Source: Candidatus Micrarchaeia archaeon
GTDB lineage: Archaea; Micrarchaeota; Micrarchaeia; Micrarchaeales; CABMGC01
Direction: 5' to 3'
Assembly (NCBI GenBank): GCA_049966915.1
Contig: JBMFTS010000001.1
Coordinates: 1 to 37,433 of the forward strand
Length of the DNA stretch: 37,433 nt
This document shows positions 8,862-17,054 of the stretch, piece by piece. A program made the position numbers and the translations under genes. Position 1 is the stretch's first letter; the number at the start of each line of letters is the position of its first letter. The notes under the pieces are model-generated. The model was not told the DNA's origin. It worked only from the letters and a program-made list of their open reading frames with translations, and did no database searches.

Positions 8862-11405
8862 ATGGCTGAAGCTCAAAAAACATCACACGACGGCGACAGC
8901 GGTCACGAAAACGCGGGCCAAAAGATGAGCGGCGCACAGAAAGCCGCCATAGTGGCAATAATTGTCGCAATATTTTTGATAACAATTTACCTGCGTTTAG
9001 AACTGCTGAAGTATCACGGTTTTTACGAGCCAGACGACTATTACCATCTCTCAGTAATACGCGCGGCAGTAGCTAACAACTTCATAGTGCCAATGTACTT
9101 GAGCACATCCGGCTGGCCTGCGCACACGATAGTAAGCGAGCCAAAGGGCTTATACTATACGGTTTTGGCTCCGTACTACGTGCTGCGTTTCTTCGGCATT
9201 AGCTATTACACAATAATGCGCTACGTGGCGCTGGTATTCGGTATTTTTGACGTGATAGGCGCGTACTTGCTCGCGAGATACTTGAGCAAGGACAAGCTTT
9301 TTGGGTTGTTGGCAATGCTGTTCGTAGCGCTCAACATGGGCGACGCGGCAAGGACAAGCGCGCTGATATTCAGAGGAGACAGCTTCGTGACGCTGTTCAT
9401 AATACTTGCGCTTGCATTCGCCCTGGCCATGTCAAGGACTGTGCAGAAAAGACGCAAGCTTGCGCTTGCGGTGCTTGCGGGCTTTACGCTAAGCATAGCA
9501 AACTTCGTGTGGAACGGCGCGCCATACACCACCGTGGTGTTTATTCTGTTTTATGTGTTGCTATTGATGTTCGGCTTCGTTTTTGACAACAAAAAAATGC
9601 TAAACAATGCCAAATACCTGTTGGTATCGTTTGCCGTGTGGTTCGCGTTCGTATCGCTTTACAGGTATACGTATTTGATAATGGGCCAGACGTTCACCGG
9701 CTTGCATTTCATACCCGTGTTCACAATTTTGGTCATTGGCGCATTTCTATTTGACTTTCTGCTTGAAAAAACGAAAGGAAAGAAGCCTTATGAAAGATTC
9801 GGCGTATTTTTTGCAGTACTCGCCATTGCGCTGCTGTCGCTTTACGCTGCGTTGCCAGGATTTGTTGTAAGCGTAATCAAGAGCGGCAGCTTCCTCACGC
9901 TTAGCAGCAGCAAGTTCGCCGCCACAATAGAAGAATTGCAGCCACCCAATCCTGCGTTTCTTTACGCAAGCTTCGGCTTGCAGCTGTATATGGTGCCGAT
10001 GAACTATGCCATACTGTGGTCAACTGGCTACACGGCAAAGTACTTGTTCTGGTTCCTGGTAATACTGCTGACAATACCGTATTTCTTCATGCAAATGTTC
10101 GACACCGGCGGGTTCGCAAACGGCAGGGCGCGCATAGGCTTTGTATATAACGAGGCGCTTCTTGCCATAATCGCGTTCTTCGTAACTACCGCGTATTTGC
10201 AGATAAATGCAATAAGGTTCAACTCGCTGGTATCGGTGCCTTTGTCGCTGTTTGCGGCATACACGGCCTATTGGCTGCTCATGTTTGCCAAAAGGAACAA
10301 AGCAGTTTATGCCATTGGCTATCTGCTGCTTATATTGCTTGTATTAAAGATGTTCTTGCTAAGCAGCGCATACGCAGTCACAACTGCGCCTGCCGACGAA
10401 ATTTGCTACCCACAATTCTTCTGCTATAATCCGCAGAACCCGCCGGTAGTGCAGGCGCTTTCATGGCTCAAGAACAACTCTGCCAGCAACAGCGTTGTGC
10501 TGACATTGTGGCCCGACGGCTCACTGGTCGAGGGCATAGCAAACAGGACCAGCGTAACCAATAGCGTGGGCTCGCAAAATGCATCAAAGGCCGACCCGTT
10601 CGCGCGCTGGCTCTTCAACAGCAGCCCAGATGGCGCTTTCCTGCTCAGCCCCATAAACGGCAAGCCCAATTATCTGTTGGTAAGGTATGCCTGGCTTGTT
10701 GAAACTGGCGGCATATATACGGAAAGCGGCTACGGGGTGAACAACTATCCCAACATGACGCTCGTGCACTATCTGCAGAACCAACTCGCACGCGCATACT
10801 ACCGGCTGCCGTTTACTGCGTTGAACTACAGCCAGGCGAACCAGATAAACGCAACTGCAAATGATTACATAGAAAGCCTTTACGGCTACGGCAGCTTCAC
10901 TAACATAAACGAGCAGATAAACGCAACTACAAAGGAAGAGAACTTTACGTTCAGCGGCTATGATAATTTTGTCAGCAGGCTCACCATAGCGAACGTTGCA
11001 GGCACGCAGCGCGTGGGAGCGTTTCTTATTCAAAAGAATGCCAACGGCACGCAAACCGCGTCGCTATTTTCCAATGTCATTTTGTACAATATGATAAACG
11101 CCTCGCCTACGATAATAGACCAAGCGGCATATGTGAATAAGACAAACGAATATTCGCTGCTTGTAACCTACTCTACTGCGCCAAGTTCGAGACTGCCCAT
11201 AAACGTGACCGGGGCATACATGCTTGCACCAGGAATTGCAAGCAGCAACATGGTCAAGTTTCTTTACGAGTGCGGCTATTCGGCATGCCCATGGAACAAC
11301 AGCATAGCAAAGCTCCAGCTAGTGTACAACAATCTGGACAGCAAGATATTCAAAATAGTATATAACGACAGCAACGCTTCTATAGCAGCAATACACTATA
11401 CCTGA
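8862..11405 (+). CDS. aglB: GT-C fold oligosaccharyltransferase, AglB/STT3-like
   Basis: The N-terminal half (about 500 aa) is polytopic, with an EPDDYYH (DxD-like) loop. A SWLKNN...VVLTLWPDGSLVEG segment sits where AglB has WWDYG, followed by a large C-terminal soluble domain. ATG 8862 is preferred over TTG 8841. Confidence 0.6.
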   Translation: MAEAQKTSHDGDSGHENAGQKMSGAQKAAIVAIIVAIFLITIYLRLELLKYHGFYEPDDYYHLSVIRAAVANNFIVPMYLSTSGWPAHTIVSEPKGLYYTVLAPYYVLRFFGISYYTIMRYVALVFGIFDVIGAYLLARYLSKDKLFGLLAMLFVALNMGDAARTSALIFRGDSFVTLFIILALAFALAMSRTVQKRRKLALAVLAGFTLSIANFVWNGAPYTTVVFILFYVLLLMFGFVFDNKKMLNNAKYLLVSFAVWFAFVSLYRYTYLIMGQTFTGLHFIPVFTILVIGAFLFDFLLEKTKGKKPYERFGVFFAVLAIALLSLYAALPGFVVSVIKSGSFLTLSSSKFAATIEELQPPNPAFLYASFGLQLYMVPMNYAILWSTGYTAKYLFWFLVILLTIPYFFMQMFDTGGFANGRARIGFVYNEALLAIIAFFVTTAYLQINAIRFNSLVSVPLSLFAAYTAYWLLMFAKRNKAVYAIGYLLLILLVLKMFLLSSAYAVTTAPADEICYPQFFCYNPQNPPVVQALSWLKNNSASNSVVLTLWPDGSLVEGIANRTSVTNSVGSQNASKADPFARWLFNSSPDGAFLLSPINGKPNYLLVRYAWLVETGGIYTESGYGVNNYPNMTLVHYLQNQLARAYYRLPFTALNYSQANQINATANDYIESLYGYGSFTNINEQINATTKEENFTFSGYDNFVSRLTIANVAGTQRVGAFLIQKNANGTQTASLFSNVILYNMINASPTIIDQAAYVNKTNEYSLLVTYSTAPSSRLPINVTGAYMLAPGIASSNMVKFLYECGYSACPWNNSIAKLQLVYNNLDSKIFKIVYNDSNASIAAIHYT

Positions 11406-11430
11406 TGCCTTAGCAGATGCGCGGCCCAAC

Positions 11431-12627
11431 TCATGAATTTGATGATTGCTGGTGCTGGCTGCTGCTGCTTGACTTTGCGTTAAGCTTTGCCGGATCGGTC
11501 CTTGCGAAATACCAGTCCATCAACCAGTCCATCTTCGTCTGCAGAGTTTGCCACGCGGTGTATTTCATGCCCAGTTTCATCAGGTAGTTCGTGGTGCTGG
11601 GCTTTAGCCTTGCGACCGGTTGCGTGTATGATCCTATTACGAATGTGCACTTGTGGCCGCCTATTTCCATCGGGCAGTTTGTCCTACCGTCAAACTTTGA
11701 GTCCTGGCCCAGCAACCGTGCCGCCACGACCTTGGATTCAAGATGCGCTGTCACGCCCGATTTTGAAGTGGAAATGTTTGTAGCGTCGCCTATGCAATAA
11801 GCGTCGTCAAAATTGTCTATCTGGAGTGTTTCCTTGTCGGTTTTCACGAAGCCGTTTTCGTCGCAAAAGTCTTTTACCACTCCTGCACCTATATGTGGGG
11901 GAACGAGCGCGGCGAAATCATAATTTAGCACGTCGCCTTCCATCGAAGTTATGACATGCTTGGCGGTGTCGACGGATTCCACGTCAAAGAATGTGCTTAT
12001 GCTTATGCCTTTTTCTTTCATTATCGGCTCGATTATTTCGTTCATGGGCTCTGCAGGATACGCCCTGGGAAACGGCGTCACGAAGGTTATTTCGGTATTT
12101 TTTCTTACGCCTCTTTTTCTCGCCAGTTCCTCGAAAAGAAATGCCGCTTCCAGAGGGGAAGGCGGGCATTTGAATATGGGATACGCGGATCCTATTACGG
12201 CTTTGCCACCGGCGAAGCCGCTGGCTTTGCTCCACAGCCTCTTTGCGGCTTCTGTATTGCTGTGAAAATCGCCGAATTCCTGGTAAAGCTGGTACAAACC
12301 CGGTATTTTGCTATAGTCGGCCGTGCTGCCGGTATCAACAACCACGTAATCGTATTCTAGCTTGGCGTTGCCCAAGGTTGCGCTCCTCTCGGCCAGGTCT
12401 ACTTCTTTTACTGTATCGAGCACGAACTTAACGCCTTTAGGCAGCAGTTTGGTCTGCGCTATCGACTTCTCGCTTGCGCCCTTGAAAGCGATGTGGAGAA
12501 GCCACGGCTGAAAGTAGTGCGTGCTGCTTTTGTCGACCACGGTTATGTCAAAGCCCTTTTTTGCAAGCCTATTGGCGAGCATTACGCCTCCGTCTCCGGA
12601 TCCTATAATGAGCAATCGCTTGGTCAC
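11431..12627 (-). CDS. sqr: FAD-dependent sulfide:quinone oxidoreductase-like flavoprotein
   Basis: It has an N-terminal GSGDGG dinucleotide-binding motif, conserved Cys contexts (IFKCPPSPLE and NCPMEIGG), a GDA motif (CIGDATN) and a C-terminal amphipathic Trp-rich tail. It lies downstream of dsrE-like and tusA. Confidence 0.7.
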   Translation of the reverse strand: MTKRLLIIGSGDGGVMLANRLAKKGFDITVVDKSSTHYFQPWLLHIAFKGASEKSIAQTKLLPKGVKFVLDTVKEVDLAERSATLGNAKLEYDYVVVDTGSTADYSKIPGLYQLYQEFGDFHSNTEAAKRLWSKASGFAGGKAVIGSAYPIFKCPPSPLEAAFLFEELARKRGVRKNTEITFVTPFPRAYPAEPMNEIIEPIMKEKGISISTFFDVESVDTAKHVITSMEGDVLNYDFAALVPPHIGAGVVKDFCDENGFVKTDKETLQIDNFDDAYCIGDATNISTSKSGVTAHLESKVVAARLLGQDSKFDGRTNCPMEIGGHKCTFVIGSYTQPVARLKPSTTNYLMKLGMKYTAWQTLQTKMDWLMDWYFARTDPAKLNAKSSSSSQHQQSSNS

Positions 12628-12647
12628 TAAATCATCGCATGCTGCTT

Positions 12648-12878
12648 TTATTTCTTCACAATCTTTATCAGCACGACTATTTTGTCAGGCTGCTCCGTAA
12701 CCGATTCTATTACGTTTCCCGTCCTCTCGGCCCATGCTCTTGTATCGGCTTTTACTCCGGGATCCGTAGCCCACAGTTCTATCTCGTCGCCTGTGCTTGC
12801 ATTCCTATATGCCAGCGCAAGGTCTGTTATTGGGCCAGGACATGCAGAACCCCTAGAATCCACAACCTTTTTTGTCAT
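12648..12878 (-). CDS. tusA: TusA/SirA-family sulfurtransferase
   Basis: It is 76 aa and has the hallmark DSRGSACPGP active-site Cys motif. Confidence 0.85.
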   Translation of the reverse strand: MTKKVVDSRGSACPGPITDLALAYRNASTGDEIELWATDPGVKADTRAWAERTGNVIESVTEQPDKIVVLIKIVKK

Positions 12879-12902
12879 GATTGCACCCGTTTAAAAATTT
12901 TG

Positions 12903-13307
12903 TCATATGAACAGCGTTTGGCCACCCTCTGCATTTTGCAAAAACGTGGCAGCGCCAACTATATCGTCAACAAGTTCGTTGAAATCTTCTTTTTTGAGCC
13001 CCATCACGCCGCACATCATCGAGCATGCGTATACGCGCGCGCCAAGTGCCTTTGCCTGCTTTAGCATGTCGCTCCATGGTGCTACGTTGTTTTTCTTCAT
13101 GCCTTCCGCCAGCGACGGAGCCATGGCCTCGAACTCCTTAGGGAAAGGCGGCTCATTCGGCTGCTTCAAAAAACTGAGCAGCGCAAAGCCCGTGACAAAT
13201 ACGTTTACCTCCATTCCCATCGCGGATCCGGCCTGGGCAAGTACGCCCAAAGGAATAAACTTGTCGGCTGTGCCACTGAACATTATTATGCTTAGCTTAC
13301 CTGGCAT
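12903..13307 (-). CDS. DsrE/DsrF-like (DrsE_2 type) sulfur relay protein
   Basis: It is 134 aa. The segments KLSIIMFSGT...MGMEVNVFVTGF...VYACSMMCGVMGLKKEDF...VGAATFL match my recollection of the DsrE2/3-like family usually found with TusA. Confidence 0.7.
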   Translation of the reverse strand: MPGKLSIIMFSGTADKFIPLGVLAQAGSAMGMEVNVFVTGFALLSFLKQPNEPPFPKEFEAMAPSLAEGMKKNNVAPWSDMLKQAKALGARVYACSMMCGVMGLKKEDFNELVDDIVGAATFLQNAEGGQTLFI

Positions 13308-13401
13308 GCGACCACGCTAAGCATGGTAAGCAAAAGTTAAAAAATACAAGCGCAAAACTTTATCAAAAGTAGCGTAAACCGGCAATACAAGGAAAAAGAA
13401 A

Positions 13402-14328
13402 ATGCCGGAATCCGCAAAGGCTGTCGCAATGCTAAAGCATTATTTGCTAGAGCTCCTTGACCCGCTTGCCTCAATCACGCCGCTCTGCGGGCTCGTCGGC
13501 ATAGCCTTCGCCTCGCTCTACGTTAGGGTAAACATTGCCAATGCTCTTTTGCTCCTTGTGGCACTCATGCTTGCAAACATGGCTGTCGATACGCTCAACG
13601 CATATGGCGATTACCAGAATGGCATAGATGCGGAAGTGGTAAGGACAAAGTTCAGCGGAGGCACGGTCAAATCTACGTATTTGGCGGAAGGCAAGATAAG
13701 GCCTAAGCAAACGTTGTGGCTTGCGCTTGCGGTCTTCGCGCTCGCGCTTGCCGCAGGAGCCTACTTCTTTGTAAAAACGCCAGTGCTAATTCCAATAGCG
13801 GCTTTTGGTGCAGCGGTAGTTCTTGGTTATACGCACTTTTTGCTGAAAATGCCTTATGTTGCTGAATTTATGCTAGTGCTGGTCTACACGCTTGTGCCTC
13901 TGGGCAGTTTCATTGCAATTACCGGAGCAACGTCGCACCTGCTCAACGCCTCTTTCGTGTCGGTGCCAGTGGGCATACTGGTAAGCATGGTGCTGCTCGT
14001 CAACGAGATACCGGACCGCGATATCGACAAAAAGCATGGCAGGAAAAGCGTAGCTGTGATGCTTTACGACACGCGCGCAATTTCCCGGCTTTACTTTTCC
14101 ATGCAGCTGTTAGGCATTATCATCGTTTTGGCGGGCGTTGCGTTGCGCCTGGTGCCGCCATATTGCATTGACGTGCTTTTTGCTACGCCTTTCATGCTCG
14201 CTGCACAAAGGGGCATAAACAGGTATAATACGCCAAAGCAGTTCGAAAAAAGCATGGGCTTTAATGTAGCATATTTTATCGCGTTTGTTCTGCTGCTGGC
14301 GCTCGGCGTTTTCGCTGCAGCCATATGA
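13402..14328 (+). CDS. UbiA-superfamily aromatic prenyltransferase, MenA-like
   Basis: It has about 8-9 TM segments and two Asp-rich motifs, NAYGDYQNGID and NEIPDRDIDKKHG. Confidence 0.7.
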   Translation: MPESAKAVAMLKHYLLELLDPLASITPLCGLVGIAFASLYVRVNIANALLLLVALMLANMAVDTLNAYGDYQNGIDAEVVRTKFSGGTVKSTYLAEGKIRPKQTLWLALAVFALALAAGAYFFVKTPVLIPIAAFGAAVVLGYTHFLLKMPYVAEFMLVLVYTLVPLGSFIAITGATSHLLNASFVSVPVGILVSMVLLVNEIPDRDIDKKHGRKSVAVMLYDTRAISRLYFSMQLLGIIIVLAGVALRLVPPYCIDVLFATPFMLAAQRGINRYNTPKQFEKSMGFNVAYFIAFVLLLALGVFAAAI

Positions 14329-14365
14329 AGCAGTGAAGCGGCCAAGCAGCCAAGCAAAAAACAGG

Positions 14366-15214
14366 CTAAACGGAGTTAGGATTCAGCCGAATCAGGCTCA
14401 TGTAGTTGGCCAGCATTGCTGTTCCTTGGCATTTCGGCAAAGTTTTCAAAAGTCGTGCAGATCTGTCAAGATACGAGTTGTTGAGCGACACCGCACGAGA
14501 CACAGCGTGCTTTATGCCGCCTTTCGTACCCAATACGTCAATTATATTGGAGCCAGAATCGCTCGCGCCGCCTTCAAGAAAGTCGATGACATCGTCACGT
14601 ATCTGAAAAGCCAGACCAGCATACACGCCAATATTGTACAGGGTTTTTTCAATGGCGCTCTTTTTGTGCGTGGCAACTATGCTCAAAGACACGCCGATAA
14701 GCGATGCGCTCTTCAGCCGGGCCATTCTCAAGTATTGCTGCAGCTTGCTGCACTTTGAATTCTGCTCAGAGTCCATAAGCTCGCCGGCGCACATTTCCAG
14801 AGCCGCGTTTGACAGGCTGCGTATTACCTCGTTTCCGTACGGAGCGGCAAGCGATATCGCTTTCGAAACAAGCGCGTCTATTGCAAGCATGGCCGCATTG
14901 ACGCCGTATTTTACGTGCACCGCGGTTGTGCCGCGCCTTGCGCTGCTCTTGTCAATAATGTCGTCTTGTATTAGTGATGAAACATGTATCAGCTCTACCG
15001 CGGCCGCAAGGTCGGAGTAGTCGCTGCCGCGCGAGCCCACAATTTCAGAACCCACGAAAACGAACGCGGGCCTGAGAAGTTTTCCAGGATTTTTCAGCAG
15101 GTGAACAGAAGGAGCATAGAGATCCTTTGTAACAAAATCGCTCACCTTCATTTGGGCAAGCTTCTTTATTGTGCGCTCCATGTAGGGCTTTATCGAAGCG
15201 TAAAAAAATTCCAA
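14366..15214 (-). CDS. trans-Polyprenyl diphosphate synthase (probably medium/long chain)
   Basis: It has FARM (LIQDDIIDKSSARRG) and SARM (FQIRDDVIDF) motifs. The ORF-track start at 15409 would overlap the GH15 gene, so I prefer TTG 15214; ATG 15181 is an alternative. Confidence 0.85.
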   Translation of the reverse strand: MEFFYASIKPYMERTIKKLAQMKVSDFVTKDLYAPSVHLLKNPGKLLRPAFVFVGSEIVGSRGSDYSDLAAAVELIHVSSLIQDDIIDKSSARRGTTAVHVKYGVNAAMLAIDALVSKAISLAAPYGNEVIRSLSNAALEMCAGELMDSEQNSKCSKLQQYLRMARLKSASLIGVSLSIVATHKKSAIEKTLYNIGVYAGLAFQIRDDVIDFLEGGASDSGSNIIDVLGTKGGIKHAVSRAVSLNNSYLDRSARLLKTLPKCQGTAMLANYMSLIRLNPNSV

Positions 15215-15327
15215 GACAGCACCATCTTTTAGTGTATCGCTACGAAACTTAATAAAGCATAGCACAGAAATAGCGAGGCGACAAGAAATGGAGCATATTT
15301 GAGCTGGCTTTCTGCTTTTGAAACAAT

Positions 15328-16653
15328 CTACTCGCGCAAGCTGAATGCTTCGCGACCTGTAGACTCGTTGAGTTCGATTACAGCACTTATGAATGCGGCG
15401 TATGACCAATTAAGTTTTTGTATAGGCATGCCATTATTCCTTTGCAAATCGTTTTTGCCAGACGCGCTCTCAGGGTGCGCCGGATTCACAATCTCCTGCT
15501 CTGGCATCGAATCGGCATATTTGCTGCTTATGTAGCTTATGCGCTTTTCTGCTTCTTCAAGTTGACCACGCCTTGCCTTGTATATCGCATATTCCAACCC
15601 AAGGAGAAGCCAACGCCCGCCGCAAAAGTATTCGTCGTGAGTGTTGCGTATGGGCAGCAGATTGCCGCCGAATAGGTCATCCTCTATCTTTTTCATTGTA
15701 GCCTCTTCAACGCCTTCGCCGAGTTCTGTGCTACCTATGCTGAACCTGGTAAATACGAAAAGCTCTTCGGCGTCCACTCCGAAAGCGGTATCGGGACCGT
15801 TGAAAGGAAGCCTCCTGCTGTACAAAATCCTGTTGTTCTCCACGTCCTTCAACGCGCCTATTATGCCTCCGCGCGTGTAAAGAAAGTTGAATGCCGATTC
15901 TATCTCGTCACGCCGCATGTCGATCATGCCTGATTCGGCAAAGCCCTCGAGCAATTGCTTCGCCTTGAAAATCGCTGCTATGTTATAAGAATATATGTAC
16001 TCAGTTTCTGGGGTTTCCCATGCTTCAGAAGCAGGCGTTTGGTAAATCTTGCCTAGGTAGTTCACAAGAAGCCTGCCGTTATCGCGTATTATGCGCGTTT
16101 CTGTTTCGCTTAGCCCGAATTTTTCCTTTTCCTCGTAAACCGCAAGCAGCACAAGCGGCAGCGTGTCGTATTGGATAAGCCATCGGTTGTTGCCGACAAC
16201 GTCGTTTATGAACCTGCCGTTCTCGCCGGATTCGTTGAAAAGCTCAAACGATTCGTTCACGCGCGCTGGCATGTGGCTTGACATTTTGTAAAATTCTGGA
16301 TCCTCATAAGCCAGCGACACGGCCCTTTTAAGCGAGCCCGCGTAATGCTCAACGGCCTTGAGGTTGAATTCGTTTATCCTGTGTGCTGCATTTCGTGCCT
16401 CGCCGGCCAGCTCCGGATACGCGTTTTTGAAATATGAAGCAAAATCCAGCAAGGATATCGCTATGAAACTGCTATCGCGGAACCAGTGAGGCTTGTACCA
16501 GAAGTACTCGCTCGATGCTGACACATAGCCCGTATTGCTAACCCGGCTCACAAGGTATTTGGCAGCTAGTGCTGCTTCTTCAGCGTAAAGCAAGCGCCTT
16601 GCTCTGCTATTTGCATTGTGCTCCTCTTCCGCCTTGTATGCGAGACTGGCCAT
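15328..16653 (-). CDS. Glycoside hydrolase family 15 (glucoamylase/trehalase-like) catalytic domain protein
   Basis: GH15-like motifs are present: HWFRDSSF, SEAWE and NWSYAAFI. The size fits an (alpha/alpha)6-barrel domain. ATG 16653 is preferred over TTG 16695. Confidence 0.65.
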   Translation of the reverse strand: MASLAYKAEEEHNANSRARRLLYAEEAALAAKYLVSRVSNTGYVSASSEYFWYKPHWFRDSSFIAISLLDFASYFKNAYPELAGEARNAAHRINEFNLKAVEHYAGSLKRAVSLAYEDPEFYKMSSHMPARVNESFELFNESGENGRFINDVVGNNRWLIQYDTLPLVLLAVYEEKEKFGLSETETRIIRDNGRLLVNYLGKIYQTPASEAWETPETEYIYSYNIAAIFKAKQLLEGFAESGMIDMRRDEIESAFNFLYTRGGIIGALKDVENNRILYSRRLPFNGPDTAFGVDAEELFVFTRFSIGSTELGEGVEEATMKKIEDDLFGGNLLPIRNTHDEYFCGGRWLLLGLEYAIYKARRGQLEEAEKRISYISSKYADSMPEQEIVNPAHPESASGKNDLQRNNGMPIQKLNWSYAAFISAVIELNESTGREAFSLRE

Positions 16654-16732
16654 CCTGTAAGGTAAGGGCAGGAAAGCAATAAAAGCATAACGCAACAGAA
16701 CGGTGCAGCAAAGTTGATGGGATTCTTTTAGT

Positions 16733-16750
16733 GTAATTATTAAATTATTT
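16733..16750. promoter_or_regulatory. Divergent AT-rich TATA region between GH15 gene and gatC
   Basis: The tract taattattaaattattt is centred about 26 nt upstream of gatC ATG 16770. This fits leaderless gatC transcription. Confidence 0.4.
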
Positions 16751-16769
16751 GCTCATCAAAGTATAGCAC

Positions 16770-17054
16770 ATGGAAGATTCTTTTGACTCCGGCACCGTAG
16801 AGCACGTAGCAAGGCTTGCCAGACTCGAACTCGACAAGGAAGATAACCAAAAATTTGTAAAGCAGATCAACGATATACTTGCAATTTTCGGCAAGCTTGA
16901 TTCTGCAGAAGTGGAAAGTGCAGAACCGGCGTTTCATCCGATAGATGCGAAGGCAAAGCTTCGCGAAGACAAACCGAGGAGGTGGGAGTGGAACCCGCTG
17001 GGCAACAGCAAGCACAATGAAGGCAAGTACATAAAAAGTCCAAAAATAATTTAG
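16770..17054 (+). CDS. gatC: Asp/Glu-tRNA amidotransferase subunit C
   Basis: It is 94 aa. VEHVARLARLELDKEDNQKF...ILAIFGKLD is typical of GatC. Confidence 0.85.
   Translation: MEDSFDSGTVEHVARLARLELDKEDNQKFVKQINDILAIFGKLDSAEVESAEPAFHPIDAKAKLREDKPRRWEWNPLGNSKHNEGKYIKSPKII

Noticed and set aside
12639-13320. Plus-strand ORFs of 141 aa and 137 aa opposite tusA and the dsrE-like gene.
   Set aside because: They are antisense to two genes with clear family motifs. The peptides are Cys/Arg/Ser-rich with no motifs. They are shadow ORFs.
15215-15409. The upstream extension of the prenyl-diphosphate synthase ORF to 347 aa.
   Set aside because: It would overlap the 3' end of the GH15 gene by about 80 nt. 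The extension is Arg/Cys-rich and unlike prenyl synthase N-termini. A TTG or ATG further in gives a normal-length enzyme.
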